DNA of 64,000 bases from Amphiscolops sp. MND2022 (taxonomy: Eukaryota). The notes beneath the pieces were generated by a model that was given only the letters and a program-made list of their open reading frames with translations, ran no database searches and had not been told where the DNA came from. The stretch covers positions 83,578,001 to 83,642,000 of the forward strand of contig OZ076409.1 in NCBI GenBank assembly GCA_964187785.1, given 5' to 3'. The first letter of the stretch is position 1, and each line of letters opens with the position of its first letter. Positions 1 to 12,600 of this stretch are shown here, one piece after another. The translations under genes and the position numbers were made by a program.

Positions 1-330
1 ATTCCTGTAGTTATTTTTAGAATTTATTCCTTTTTTAGATCTTATTCCTTTTTTAGATCTTATTCCCTTTTTAGATCTTATTCCCTTTTCATATCTCATT
101 CCCTTTTTAGATCTCATTCCTGTCCTTATTTTTAGAACCTATTCCCTTTTTAAATCTTATTCCCTTTTTAGATCTTATTCCCTTTTTAGATCTTATTCCT
201 GTAGTTATTTTTAGACCTTATTCCTTTTTTAGATCTTATTCCCTTTTTAGATCTTATTCCTGTCCCTATATTTTAGATCTGATTCTCTTTAGATCTTATT
301 CCCGTCCCCTATTATTAGATCATATTCCCG
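1..330. repeat. Minisatellite array, ~18-28 bp degenerate unit (ttagatcttattccctttt)
   Basis: Repeated 'tagatcttattcc' motif from the window start to ~330. Confidence 0.9.
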
Positions 331-838
331 TGCTTAAATATATATAATACAAAATACAACTATTTGATACATATGATACAATATACAAAATATATAATAC
401 ATGTATATAATGTAGGGTAGTTTCAAAATATGTTAGCTAAATTCTTGTTCGTAAAAATTACGTAGATATAGATAAAAAATCTTTTTCCTATTTGATTGGA
501 GTTCATCGACTAATAAGAGAATTGAATGTAAATTGAATTTGACCAGCGCATGTACAAAACGTACATGTATGACGTAATACATGCACTGTCTGCGCAAATA
601 AAATCACACTGTATGTACAAAGAAGACACTGTGTACATATAGTGTGAATACACTTGCGCAGGGCATGTACATGTATTACATGTACATGTGTAATTGCGTC
701 ATAATTCAAACTTGTTCGCAATGTGTGATTCTAATCTCACCACTGCATCGACTGCTATACTGTACACGTGTTAGACACACAAAGTCATACTGGTATATAA
801 GTAAACTTCTTATACGTTATCAGGTATATACTGATTCC

Positions 839-896
839 AAGATTGACTGATTCCAGTTATATCTTATATAAGATATAACTGGAATCAGTCAATCTT
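839..896. repeat. Perfect 58-bp palindrome without spacer
   Basis: aagattgactgattccagttatatcttat followed directly by its reverse complement ataagatataactggaatcagtcaatctt. Confidence 0.95.
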
Positions 897-1505
897 TTCT
901 TGTGATAATCTTCATTCTACCTAAATGTTTTATACAATTTAAATTATCCAGTATTATACCTGTCAATTATGCCTGTCGTTTATTCAAATTTACGAAGATG
1001 AAATTACACTTTCTCCCAGTTGTTTTGAGAAATCATGGACCACGTCTTTTTATCTACCCAGGTACAATTTATGTCGACAAGAAGGTAGGTAAAACCTTGT
1101 GTTTCCATTAAGTTTGTTTTACGAACTTTTGTTTATGATCTTTCAGAAAACAAAAAAAATTATTCTGTCAATTTGTTTACACACAGGAGATACTGATGGG
1201 GGGTTGGTACAATTCGATATGTCATTGATGAACGCAGTATCTCGAAAAGACAAACCCTTATTCTGTGAATTTTACTTTAAGAACTTTTATTGATGTTTTT
1301 TCAGAATCAAATGTGTTATGTAAACTGTTGCATTGGCGTTCATGAGGTAAGATTTTTGGTACTCTCGACCAATAATGAAGCTGTTTAAAACAGCAATATA
1401 TATAATATTTTGGTATTTTATACCAGGTGAACCAGAAAAAACGGTCCAGAGAAAAATATACTATAGTATATAAAAAATATACTAATATCATATTATATCT
1501 TATTT

Positions 1506-1604
1506 AAAAAATAATTTGTAAAGAATTCTAAGGTATAGTAGATCAGAAAAAAATATAACATTTTCTGATATACTATACCTTAAAATTCTTTACAAATTAT
1601 TTTT
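1506..1604. repeat. Imperfect inverted repeat, ~45-bp arms
   Basis: aaaaataatttgtaaagaattctaaggtatagtagatcagaaaa ... ttttctgatatactataccttaaaattctttacaaattattttt. Confidence 0.85.
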
Positions 1605-2533
1605 ATTATTAGAAACAATCAACGTTATTAGAAGTCATGGATCTAGGGACGTCTTATTTCTAATTCATATAAACAAAAACCATTAAAACGAATTTCCCAG
1701 CTGAGAAAAGACACTAAATTTTGTTTTTTTTTAAGGAATTTGTTTTATTTATACTGCCGGAGTTTTAGTTACAAATACCTGTTTTTTTATCGACTTTTCA
1801 TTATTGAAACTTTTTGGTGTCCGGGAAATACGCCCAAGGAAGAACAGAATTTCCTACGATTTTAGCCTGTAGAAAATGAAAACTAAATTTTTTTACTTGA
1901 ATTTTTTTTTAAACAACTAAAAACAAATTAGAGCAAGTTCCAATATCATGTCGAAATTATAAATCGATTAAATGTGCCCAAATAATTGCAACTAATTAAA
2001 TGCCACAAAAACTTGCGATTGGTTTAACATTGGCCAATCAGATGCGAAGCATTCAACACGGCCCAATAATTTCAATTAAGACACTTTGTTCCAGAACGAA
2101 ATGTGCTTTCGTGTTTGGGGGGGGGGGATGCGAAATTCGCAATAGATTTTCTACAGAATGATAATAAAAATTTGATCGAAAGCACCAATAACAAGTACAG
2201 AGGAACAAAATGAGGTACGCAACTCAAGAACACATTCTCTTACTGATATCGTTTTTGCACGAAAAATACGAATTTTTAATACGTGATTTTTAATAATACG
2301 GATAACCTCGCTTAGATTTTGATTCAAACCGCAACTTTCCAAACAAAAAAGATTGTGTTAGTTTCCCTCCAATTTTTACAACTTTTAGATTCCATATAAC
2401 TCGACCCTGCACAAAAATGCCAATGCCCATTTTGATAGGTCACTCAGATTTTCATGTAGATATCAATGCACGTTTTTTTGAATGAAATCGTTTCGTAACT
2501 GAATTATAAATGGCGTGACTGCCCATGATAACA

Positions 2534-2770
2534 GTCTAAAATTAGTTGAATTCTTTTTCGCATTACAAAAGTCTAAAATTAGTTAAACTCTACGTCGCAT
2601 TACAAACGTCTAAAAATAGTTGAATTCTTTTTCGCATTACAAACACCTAAAATTAGTTGAATTCTTTTTCGCATTACAAACGTCTAAAATTAGTTGAATT
2701 CTTTCTCGCATTACAAACGTCTAAAATTAGTTGAATTCTTTTCCGCATTACAAACGTCTAAAATTAGTTG
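2534..2770. repeat. 37-bp tandem repeat, ~6.4 copies
   Basis: Unit gtctaaaattagttgaattctttttcgcattacaaac starts at 2534, 2571, 2608, 2645, 2682, 2719, 2756. Confidence 0.95.
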
Positions 2771-2859
2771 CTGAGTTCTACATTTCTCAGAATTAGAAAC
2801 TGCCAAACTTATGCGAACCCATTTTTTCTGAATATTTTTTCAAAATTGTTTTGTTAATT

Positions 2860-3150
2860 TCTTTACACACAGGAAAGATACAGATGGGGGGTTGGTACCA
2901 TTCGATTTGTCATTGAATGCAGTACCTAGGAAATGGAACCCTCCAACCTGGGAATTTTATTTTAACCACTTTGTTGTTTTTTGAAAAAAATAATTGAGAA
3001 TTTCTGAATTTTTGAATATTTTTTAAATTACTTTTTAATTTATCCGCACACAGAAAAGATACAGATGGGGGGTAGGTACCATTCGATTTGTCATTGAACG
3101 CAGTACCTCCCCTAACCTAAGAAATTCGTTTTATTGACTTTTTTGATGTT
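2860..3150. repeat. Two diverged ~130-bp copies of a repeat also present at ~1170-1300
   Basis: acacacaggaaagatacagatggggg..ggtaccattcgatttgtcattgaa.gcagtacct seen at ~1180, ~2865 and ~3047. Confidence 0.75.
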
Positions 3151-3991
3151 TTTATGAAAAAAGCTTGAAATTTTTTCATGCTCAAGTTTGATTGGCTGCC
3201 GCATTCGCCAATCGCTCCATTCTCTCAGGTAAGAATTTTTCAAATAAACGATGTTTCAAAGCACTTTTCAATGAACTCTATTTTATCCCAAGCGGCCTCG
3301 TGGTATGGGAAATTAAAAATTGATCCTCGATCAAATAATTACTGACAGGCAGGATGCAGATTCGTCTCATAACTAAACTATAAAGGGAGTGATTACCCAT
3401 AAATCTCATTACCATCTAATTTCTTTGATTCAGTGAGACCCTCCAGAGGCCACGTTCTCGACGTGGGTCTTGTTATGGGCGACACTATGTGATCCCCTAA
3501 CTGAGAGCCTCTTTAAAATTATATTATACTGGGAAAAGTGATATTTTGTTGTGAATGTATCATAGCAACCACTTGTTCCCGACATTTTCGTTATTACCAA
3601 CATTGGTGCAAAAATTAACGAAAAATCTGTTTTTGAACTAAATGCTAGGGATTCTTTGTCCCACCCAGTTGTTGCGACCACGATTGTTCGACATACCAAT
3701 TTAAATTTTGTTGTCTTTATATTGTCCTCATGCTACAAATTATGTTTAAGTTGTCCTCGAAAATTTTTTCTTAATACTTACTTTCTGACGAAAGAAAAAA
3801 ATCTCCAAATACATTCTTTTTACGTTTTGGGACCTTTTCTTACGTTTTAGCCTATTTTGTTCTATTAAGTTCTTCCACTGTTGTTTTTTTGTCACTTCCA
3901 ATTTAAAATGCCAATTTAAAGTCCTGAACACTTTAACTTGTCCCAAGATTAACTACTACTAAGGACTTTAAATTGTCCTCCATAATAATAA

Positions 3992-4144
<153 letters not shown>

Positions 4145-5400
4145 GTCTTTATTCCCTTCGATAAAAGGCATATTAGAAAGTTATGAATGGTATTTACAAA
4201 CGATGTCATTCAGCGTGAAAAATTAAGAACGACAGATGCTACAAAAGCATTAAAGAAACCATGAGCAGCTTCGATCCAAGTTGAAAGAGGGCACACAACT
4301 ATGAAGATAGGCGTTTACAGAGGACTTGAAATTTTCGCAAGATTGAGTAATGTCAATGTTTCTTTCGGATAAAAAATTGGACCATTGGCAGACACGTTGA
4401 AAGTAAGATTGTCTGGATGTGAACTTGTTGCATTTCGAAACTGGGGTTAGCAACTGGCAATGGAAGTTCGGAGATTTCTGACAATCGAGCTGAAACATAT
4501 GAAATTTTGAATGTTGAGGTCATATTTCCCTTTGATAGACTTGTTTAGGAAAATTAGGTCTTGAAGTACAAGATAAAAAAATATGGGCAAGGTACGTGTT
4601 CGCGAGAGTTGAAGATTGTAGTCCCAGAGACCGGTGACCCAATATAAACATTTTCTGTTGAAAAGTTCCAGTTGTCTCCTTTGACTAATCGAGGGGTACC
4701 AGATTTGGGAGCCATAGAGAAGTATACTATGGACACAGAGGCGGTAATATAGAAGTTTTGTGGCGACAGAGACATTATGAGGGATCGTGCGTTTCAGAAC
4801 TTGAAAAGACTTGCGAGCTGCCACTAACTTCGCCTGAATGTGACTTCTCCATATTGAGCTTTGGACATGAATACCGAAGTCTTTGATGCAGTTGACAATA
4901 GGAATTTCATTTCCGTCCAACGTGACAGTAGCACTTGATGGGTGGCTGTAAATAGGTCGAATTTTTCTGGTCGAAAGGACAGAGGTCGAACCTTTTGATC
5001 GAATTGCAGAGATCGAAAGGAATGCGGTCGAATTTTATCGTATTTGTTGTATTGCTCGGTCGCTTCGCTCCCTTCGCCAAGTAGCAACATTGAGGCATGG
5101 CCATATGGCACGTCGCTCCGCTTCGCTTCGCTCCTGCATTCAGGGCACTAGGGGTATGTGAACATATCTGACTACGTTATAAGATTTTCGATCCGAGTTG
5201 TTTCGATCCCATTCAGAAAATTTGGTATGTCGACCTGAGGACTAACTCTGATTTTCGATCCCGTTCCTTCGACCTACTTCCGCCCACCCGCACTTGATTT
5301 ATTTCGACCAATCAAAGTAATAAGGACACCACCGTGTTCTCCAATGTCACGATCTTGTCGAGCAATGACGCGATAATTGGTTCTCAAAGGAAATACTTCT
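4145..5400 (-). mobile_element. Decayed 3' portion of a non-LTR retrotransposon (CR1/L2/Jockey-like RT C-terminus), interrupted by a MITE
   Basis: ORF 4447-4920: VNCIKDFGIHV...WRSHIQ...KLLYYRLCVHSILLYGSQIWYP...LQDLIFLNK, matching the KDLG / LY..LV...L.Y...W.P pattern after LINE RT domains; frameshifted continuation at 4250-4498; upstream limit approximate. Confidence 0.8.
4940..5289. mobile_element. 350-bp MITE, Mutator (MULE)-like
   Basis: 9-bp TSD gcacttgat (4931-4939 and 5290-5298); imperfect TIRs gggtggctgtaaataggtcgaa / ttcgacctacttccgcccaccc. Confidence 0.85.
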
Positions 5401-5414
5401 GAGTTAGAAATGCG

Positions 5415-5507
5415 ACTGTACAACCACGTCTGTTAAAAAAAGAATATCGGGTGAATGCAGTCTGCATTCACCCGATATTCTTTTTTTAACAGACGTGGTT
5501 GTACAGT
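5415..5507. repeat. Perfect fold-back palindrome, 46-bp arms, 1-nt spacer
   Basis: actgtacaaccacgtctgttaaaaaaagaatatcgggtgaatgcag-t-reverse complement. Confidence 0.95.
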
Positions 5508-6320
5508 ATGCAGACTCAAGAACTTAAGGAATTTCAGGCGTTGTTGTAAACTTATCAGACTTTGCACGTTAACAAGGCTTGCTTTCAGTTGATGTTATTT
5601 CTGGAATTCAACCTCATCACCATTTCTCAAAAGTTTCAGTCCTCTGATATAGCGCCGACTTTAGATGTTCCCGTCTTGTTCTTGCTTGTATTTGATTGTT
5701 CTCAATTCAGTGGGTAAGGAATTTTCTCACACATGTTTAAAAGAAGGATCCATGAAGAAACTTACTTGAACCAGGCTCGGTCAAGAATTTTTTGTTTCGG
5801 TCATTCATTCGAAAACTCACTGTTGGGAGTTTGAGATGATTCTGAAAAAGAAAAAAACAGTTATTTGCGACGCTAAAGTATTTTTGGTGGTTTACCACTT
5901 GCGTCGACGCAACTACTTCGACAAAAGTCTTTCGACAATGGGACTTTGTTGCTAGGACGAAGCTACAAATTCGACGATAGGAATGAATTCGATCGGATTA
6001 TGGCACCCTGTGGCTGGTACGGGGTGTCCACTTTTCGTTTGCAGACCACGGGCGTGTGTCTTCCCACAAAATGATGACACACATGGCGCTTGATTGATGA
6101 CGAAGATCCATGATATCTGATTATCGAAAAAAAAAACAAAATGAAAAAATAGGTTATTTTTCATCAAATTTTAATCGTCACTGTAAAATGTTTGGAAACA
6201 ATTGAAACTTTTGTCTCTAAGTGTATGTTAACAAAAATGTTCACCGATCTTATTTTGATCCTACCACCGCTTTGATCTTAGTTTCTCCTATTTGAGGTCA
6301 GAATGTGCTGAGGAAGAACT

Positions 6321-8960
6321 ATGAAAATGACTAGCCTCGAGCAAAAAGGTGTGATTCTTGTTTACTCTATTGTAGGCTGTCCACATTGTCTTCGGGCTAA
6401 AAGCTCACTTAGGGAGAATGGATTGAATTACTTGGATGTTAGCCTCGACCTATATGAAAGATCAGTGACTATAGACTTGAAAGAAAGAACTGGTGGCAAG
6501 ACTAGTGTGCCGCAAATTTTTTTCAATGATCGGCACATCGGTGGAAATGCCGAACTTCAAGGTAAGATTTTTACTTCATTTACTGTAAGATGCAGTGTCT
6601 CATTGAGTTGAATTTTCATTGAATAATGATCAATTGAAGTGGTTAAGGATGAACTAATTGATTAGAAGCCGTTTGCAATGGCAAATAATTGTTTCAAAAA
6701 TAGCAATTCAGATTTCTCAAAAATCTGAATTATAACCTTTGTTTTTATACTTCTCCCGGCATCAAACGTCTCGTAGCTCTTTTTAGCAGTTCAAAAACGG
6801 TGTCCGAATAATTTGGAACAACGGAAAATTAGAATTTTTGGATCACCCTGTTCTGTGCAATTAAAGTGCAATAGTACAAAACTTGCAGTTAAGATTGCAC
6901 TCAATTTTTGCACCTCTGTCAGTGCAACCACTCATGTCATTGATTTTTTGAAAAAAAATTGTGAGCTACTCGACTTTTTTCTGGGCTACTTTGCGCCACA
7001 AGCGTTTGTAACGGTCCTATAAAACACTGGAAAAATTCAAACGGAGGACTGATTGAAAGACTCAAGTCAAAATGCCGTTATTGTATTATCATCGCAATGA
7101 ATTAAACATCGTGGTAGGCAAGTTTCGCTTGGTCGTAATTCACGACAACCTTCCGTCATACACTGTGATCAGTTTTTTTATTTGACACGTGTTTCGGCAG
7201 CCTACTGGCAAGACACAACGCATCCGATGTATAGATAAATCGAAAGCTCATTTCTTAATTACAGCCCTAATGAAGAATAAAACCGAATGGGAGAGTTTGT
7301 TGAGCTACATCAAAACCACTGATCCTCCGGAGGGATCGCCCATGGCACCAGATCTCTCTTTGGCCAAAGAGAAAGACGAAGCAATAATAATGATGAAATG
7401 CGAAGCAGATGAGTACGCTCTACTCGTGGAACAAATGAAGAATGATGGAGTAATTAATGCTAAATTTTCTGGTCTTTTCCGCAAAGCCAAACAAGGTTTC
7501 AGGTTAGTCTGTTCCAATAATAGTAGAAAATTGTACGTTAGGAAAAGCCAAATAGTCAACTTTCTTTCTAATATTTATGCGAAAGCTTACTAATTGTATG
7601 ACGCGGACAGATGATTTTTTTGACCAGACAATATCTTCACATTGTTTTTTTAGCAGTCTCTTAGCAGCTAGGAAACACATCTATTGACAACAGCGAACGA
7701 GTGTTCACTGAGAGCTTCGTCTGCATTCCAAAGAAGGTCAGCTTACGCTCTTGGCGAAACGAGTTTGATTTTTGTTTTGGTTTAGTGGCAAGGATTTTGT
7801 CCAATGGATGATTCAATCGAAGGATGTGGATGAGACGAAAGCCATGGAAATTGGACAAGCTCTGTTGGAGCAACACTTTAGTACCAGCAAAGATGCCAAA
7901 ACTGAGTTCAAGAACGACTCGACTGTGTACTCTCTCATTGAAGACACTTATGAGTTTGCTCTAAATGCCACAACTACTGAATGCAAAGCAGGATCAGCCG
8001 TCGAAGTTGGCGAAGAGTTGCGTAAACTCGTGCTCTCAATGTTCAATCAGTACTTGTCACCCGACGGACGCTTGGTAGACTACAAAGGCATGGCCAAGTC
8101 TAAAGAATTTGAAGTCTATGAACGATTATCAGCTCAACTTCAGAGAGTTGAGCTGGCTCAGTTGAGTCGAAATGAAAAGATTGCGTTCTTTGTTAATGTG
8201 TATAACGCTATGGTCATCCATGCTACTATCAAAAAAGGTGCCCCTACTTGGTTGTGGACTCGTTACAAATTCTTTTATCAGACTTTTTATATAATATCCG
8301 GTGATGTATACACATTGCAAGATATTGAAAATGGTATATTGAGAGGCAACAAAAAAGGCATCGGAATGCTCAGTCCGCCGTTCAGTAGTGGGGATAAAAG
8401 AAGAAGTGTTGCGCTGGAAATTGTTGAACCCTTGATCCATTTCGCTCTCAACTGTGGTGCTAAAAGTTGCCCACCTATCAAAACATTCTCTCCAGATGGG
8501 CTAGAGGTTAGAGTATTCTACAATCTGAAATTGCCCTGTTTCGTGGTAGTATACCTGTAAAACTCATTTAAATGACGCATATCTGGTTAATCATTGCTTC
8601 ATTTTCAAATTGGAAAGTACTTCTTATAAAGTGTATTTTAGAGTGTAACGCTACGAAAACTGTCTAAAGGAGGTGTTAGCGTTAGCTTCATTTTTTAAGG
8701 AGCAACTTACTACAGCTGCGACTTCATTCCTGGAATCAGATGACAATTGTTTTGTTGATGAGAAGAATGGCATTCTAAAACTAAGTGAACTCTTCAACTG
8801 GTACAGAAGTGACTTCGGAAACACTGACATGGAAGTAGCCCAATTTGTTAGCAAATATTCAAGTGGCGAGAAACTCAATTCCCTGAAGAATGTCATTGCC
8901 ACCGGAAAAGTGAAACTGAAATACTTCAAGTATGACTGGGGCACCAACTCTAAGGAATGA
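6321..8960 (+). CDS. Glutaredoxin-DEP-DUF547 domain protein, 486 aa; exons 6321-6561, 7265-7502, 7786-8506, 8700-8960
   Basis: Grx motifs CPHC and TSVPQIFFNDRHIGG; DEP-like FSGKDFVQWM...AMEIGQALL; DUF547 motifs VDYKGM, AFFVNVYNA, TLQDIENGILR, IHFALNCGAKSCPPI, WYRSDFG, YDW. GT-AG junctions join in frame (1461 nt). Confidence 0.9.
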
Positions 8961-9615
8961 CGTATATCCTCAATTCAAACATGTGATGCCAAGCAATTAC
9001 TGTCGTCAAAAGTTGCGTGGATACATATCATTGTTAACATTCTATTCCTAAAGCATGTACAAAATGGAAATTTTTGTATAAATTTTTTGGTCCACAGTCT
9101 CATTATTTATTGAATCTTTTTTATTTTCATAATTAATTTTGCGCGCTTGTTGTTTTCGTTTGCCTCCGAAACGTATTTGAGGCTGTTATTTTCAGCTAAA
9201 ATGATTCCAATTCTCTTGAAAATTATATTTGCCATTAGAAAGGTGATCTTTAATTAGCCAGTAAATTCAATTTGGGTCGATTTCTTATGATCGATAAAAT
9301 TGATACCACGACCTATTTTGTAAATGCTCCTCCACTTGCCAATTTGGATATGATTTACACCTATCAAGAGTGACCTGGAATGGCAACCAGTTTTACGGGT
9401 TTACAAATTATCCTATTTCTTGACTAGTACAAATACATTTTCTGGTAAACTCTTCTAGCGCTGGAAAACAATAATTTACTTAAGATTGTTTCCATCTGCA
9501 GTAAAATTCCCTAAAACGTATTTGATCAGAATATGAAGCCAGTCACAACTAGCCGTGTATACCAGTACTTATCGGTCTGTCACCTGTTAATCTCTGATAA
9601 TTTTCCAGATCAACA

Positions 9616-12600
9616 ATGACCAGTACGCGCATTTCTTCTATCCTCAAGTGCACCAAACAGTTCAACACTCAACGTTTTTTGTCATCCTCCAGCGAGAAAG
9701 TGAAAGTGACTCTGTTCCCAGGCGATGGAATAGGACCGGAAATTTCATCTTCCGTTCAAAAGATTTTCTCTGTGGCCGATGTGCCCATCTCGTGGCACCC
9801 CGTTGATGTCACCCCTGTCAAGGTCAGTGATCTGAATAAATGATTATCAAGTTTCAAATCGAAAAAAAGGTCAAGATTGAGGTGTCATAATTTCCATCTA
9901 ATAATCCAAAATGAACTTCTTGTATAATGATACCCGTAAAGTGGAGAAAGCTCAGGTAAATTCAATCCATTTTTGTGTTATCGCATGTCTTATCGTTAAC
10001 GATTCTTGAGCTATAAAATCAAGTGGTTTATAGTGGCACTGTGCATTTGATGAAAATTTTCGCAATAGAGTCCTTTCGCTTAGTTATAACACTTTACTCC
10101 GTTTGAACCTTGTGCAGGGGCGCCAACTTGGGCCGTTTCCGGCTTGTTAAATTATGCTTTCGAGTTTTTAAATGTTTCGAGTTAAAAAAACGGTTTTTGA
10201 ATCTTATCCATAGGTCATTTTTTGACACTGTGAATTTGATAAAAATTTTCACAATAGAGTCCTTTCGCTTAGTTATAACACTTTACTACGTTTGAACCTT
10301 GTGCAGGGGCGCCAACTTGGGCCGTTTCCGGCTTGTTAAATTATGCTTTGTACATATTGTGCGAGTATGCTCTAAACATCTTGTCTCCTATGTTTTTAGG
10401 ATGCGTTTTGGAGTTTCCGCATTTTTTCCTAGGAAGACACATTGCCGATGGTTGTTTTTCCCCATTCTCCTCTCAACGTATAATAACGCATTGGACTCCT
10501 CAGCTCTCGAAACTTGAAAGAGCTCTATGGTAGTCCATTAACCGAATCTGATCTCACGATCAGAATTTTATTTTCGGGATTTTTCACGAATTGGATTGTT
10601 TTGCATACTCTTGAAATACGTGCAATCAACTTTCAAATTTTTTTTACTATCCAGTCATTTGTGGGCATTTTGCGTGCAATTCGTGGGCCTTGCGCAAGTG
10701 TAAGCGAAGCAGGTCTTCGCCCCACGTTGAAATTGGGAAAAAAGAGCACCCTTTTTGAATTTTCATTTTCGTACCACAAGTTCACTATAAGTATCGGACG
10801 TCTAAGTTACGAAACGTATCTGTCAAAGAAAGTTGCAAACTTCCGGTAAAATCCGACAGTTAGTGCCCTTTCACTTTATATTAGTCCAAAGGTTTACACC
10901 GGACAGATTCAGAATATTTTATGTTCGTTATTTCATTGGACGTAGATCGATTAGGAAAAAGTTAATTATTCGAAGAACATGGATTCTATTTAGATATTAA
11001 ACGAAAGTAGGACTTTGTAGAACGATTTTGGCATCTATCAAATCAGACTGTTCAATGTTTTTGTATATGTTCAGGCCCCTAGTGGAAAGTTTATCATACC
11101 TCCTGAGTCCCTAGCCCCCATGCACGACACAAAGATTGGCTTGAAAGGGCCTTTGGCCACCCCTATCGGAAAAGGACATCAGTCTCTGAATCTGGCTCTC
11201 AGGAAGGCATTCTCTCTCTATGCTAATGTGAGACCGTGCAAGTCTGTAGCTGGTTACAAAACTCCATATGACGGGGTGGACATTGTCACAATCCGGGAGA
11301 ACACAGAGGGGGAGTATTCTGGGATAGAACATGAAATTGTTCCAGGCGTTGTGCAGGTAAGATGGGAAATTAGTGTGATATGTAGTCATGTTTCGAGTTA
11401 TAATTTTTCAAACCGAATGATTATTTTTGTTGTCTTCATCTTAGAAAAAACTGGTTGTTGATTGTACAAGAGAAGTCTTTGTCTCCCTCCTGTCTCTCTT
11501 GTCGGTACTTCCGTTCGTGGCTTGATTTTTTGTTTTTTTTCCCATTATATATGTCACATAGATAATAAAGTTCGCGACCAGCTTGCGGCTTTGCTTTTTG
11601 ATTAAACAAATGTGTCATAAAGAAAAAAAGTACATCATTTTGTCCATTTTTTCAATTGATGAAAAAATGGTGTTTACTTTTTTGCCTAATGATTCTTCAT
11701 AAATTCGAGCCGCCATCGCTTAAATCTGAAAATAGTTGCAAATACAATTAACTTTAAACAGTTTACAGTGTTCGGTCTTGTTGAGTTCGACTCATTACAG
11801 TTAATTTCAAAATATAAAGAAATTGCACGCTTTTTAGAAACCGAAAAGTCATTAATTAGAAATTTTCCTACGGAAACAAAATGTCAGAGCCTTTTTCTAG
11901 TCTCTAGAAATTTGCTGTGTCAATTGCAAAACTGCACTTTTTGGGAGTTCGAGCTTTTAGTTTTCAGGCGAGCGTAACAACGCTTTTTGACACGTCGAAA
12001 TGTTCCTGGTGATCCTTCATTTTCTGCCGAAACGAAAAATATGGCGAAAAGGATTGTATTGGGCTTAGAGCGTCGACATTTAGGATTCTAGGCTACGAGT
12101 TCATGAGAAAAGTTTTCCTTCCAGCAAAAGACGTAAGGACATCAAATTTTGACAATTTCAAAAATTATTTCAAACACAAACACCAATATTTCAAAGCTAT
12201 TCTAATATAGTATCGAGCCTCGTGATACTTCGTGACAACTTACTGAGCTGTTTGTTCGGGAAAAAACTTTCAACTGTCTGTCTTTTTCCTGTATAAAGCT
12301 AAAGCTTTTAAGTATTTCTGCGTGAGCTGTAATATCATAAAAACAGTAAAATGGACTGTTTTCTCCTCATTTTGAAAGTGAACAACTTTCTGTAAATATA
12401 AAAGCTATATATGACCAAAAGGCCCCATTAGATTTTTTGGCACTCTACCACTGTTGTACTCTCTTTTGATGTTTTCATTGAATTTTTCAGTCCAAAAGTT
12501 TTTTTTGGTGTCCAAAGACGTTGTTATCTTGTTGACGTACTGTTCAAGGTATTTCCTTGTCAACTATCACTGTTGCTATCAGTTTTTAGTCGGCGATTTC

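Noticed and set aside
2534..2770. CRISPR-like 37-bp repeat array
   Set aside because: Units are contiguous with no unique spacers, the context is eukaryotic and no cas genes are present
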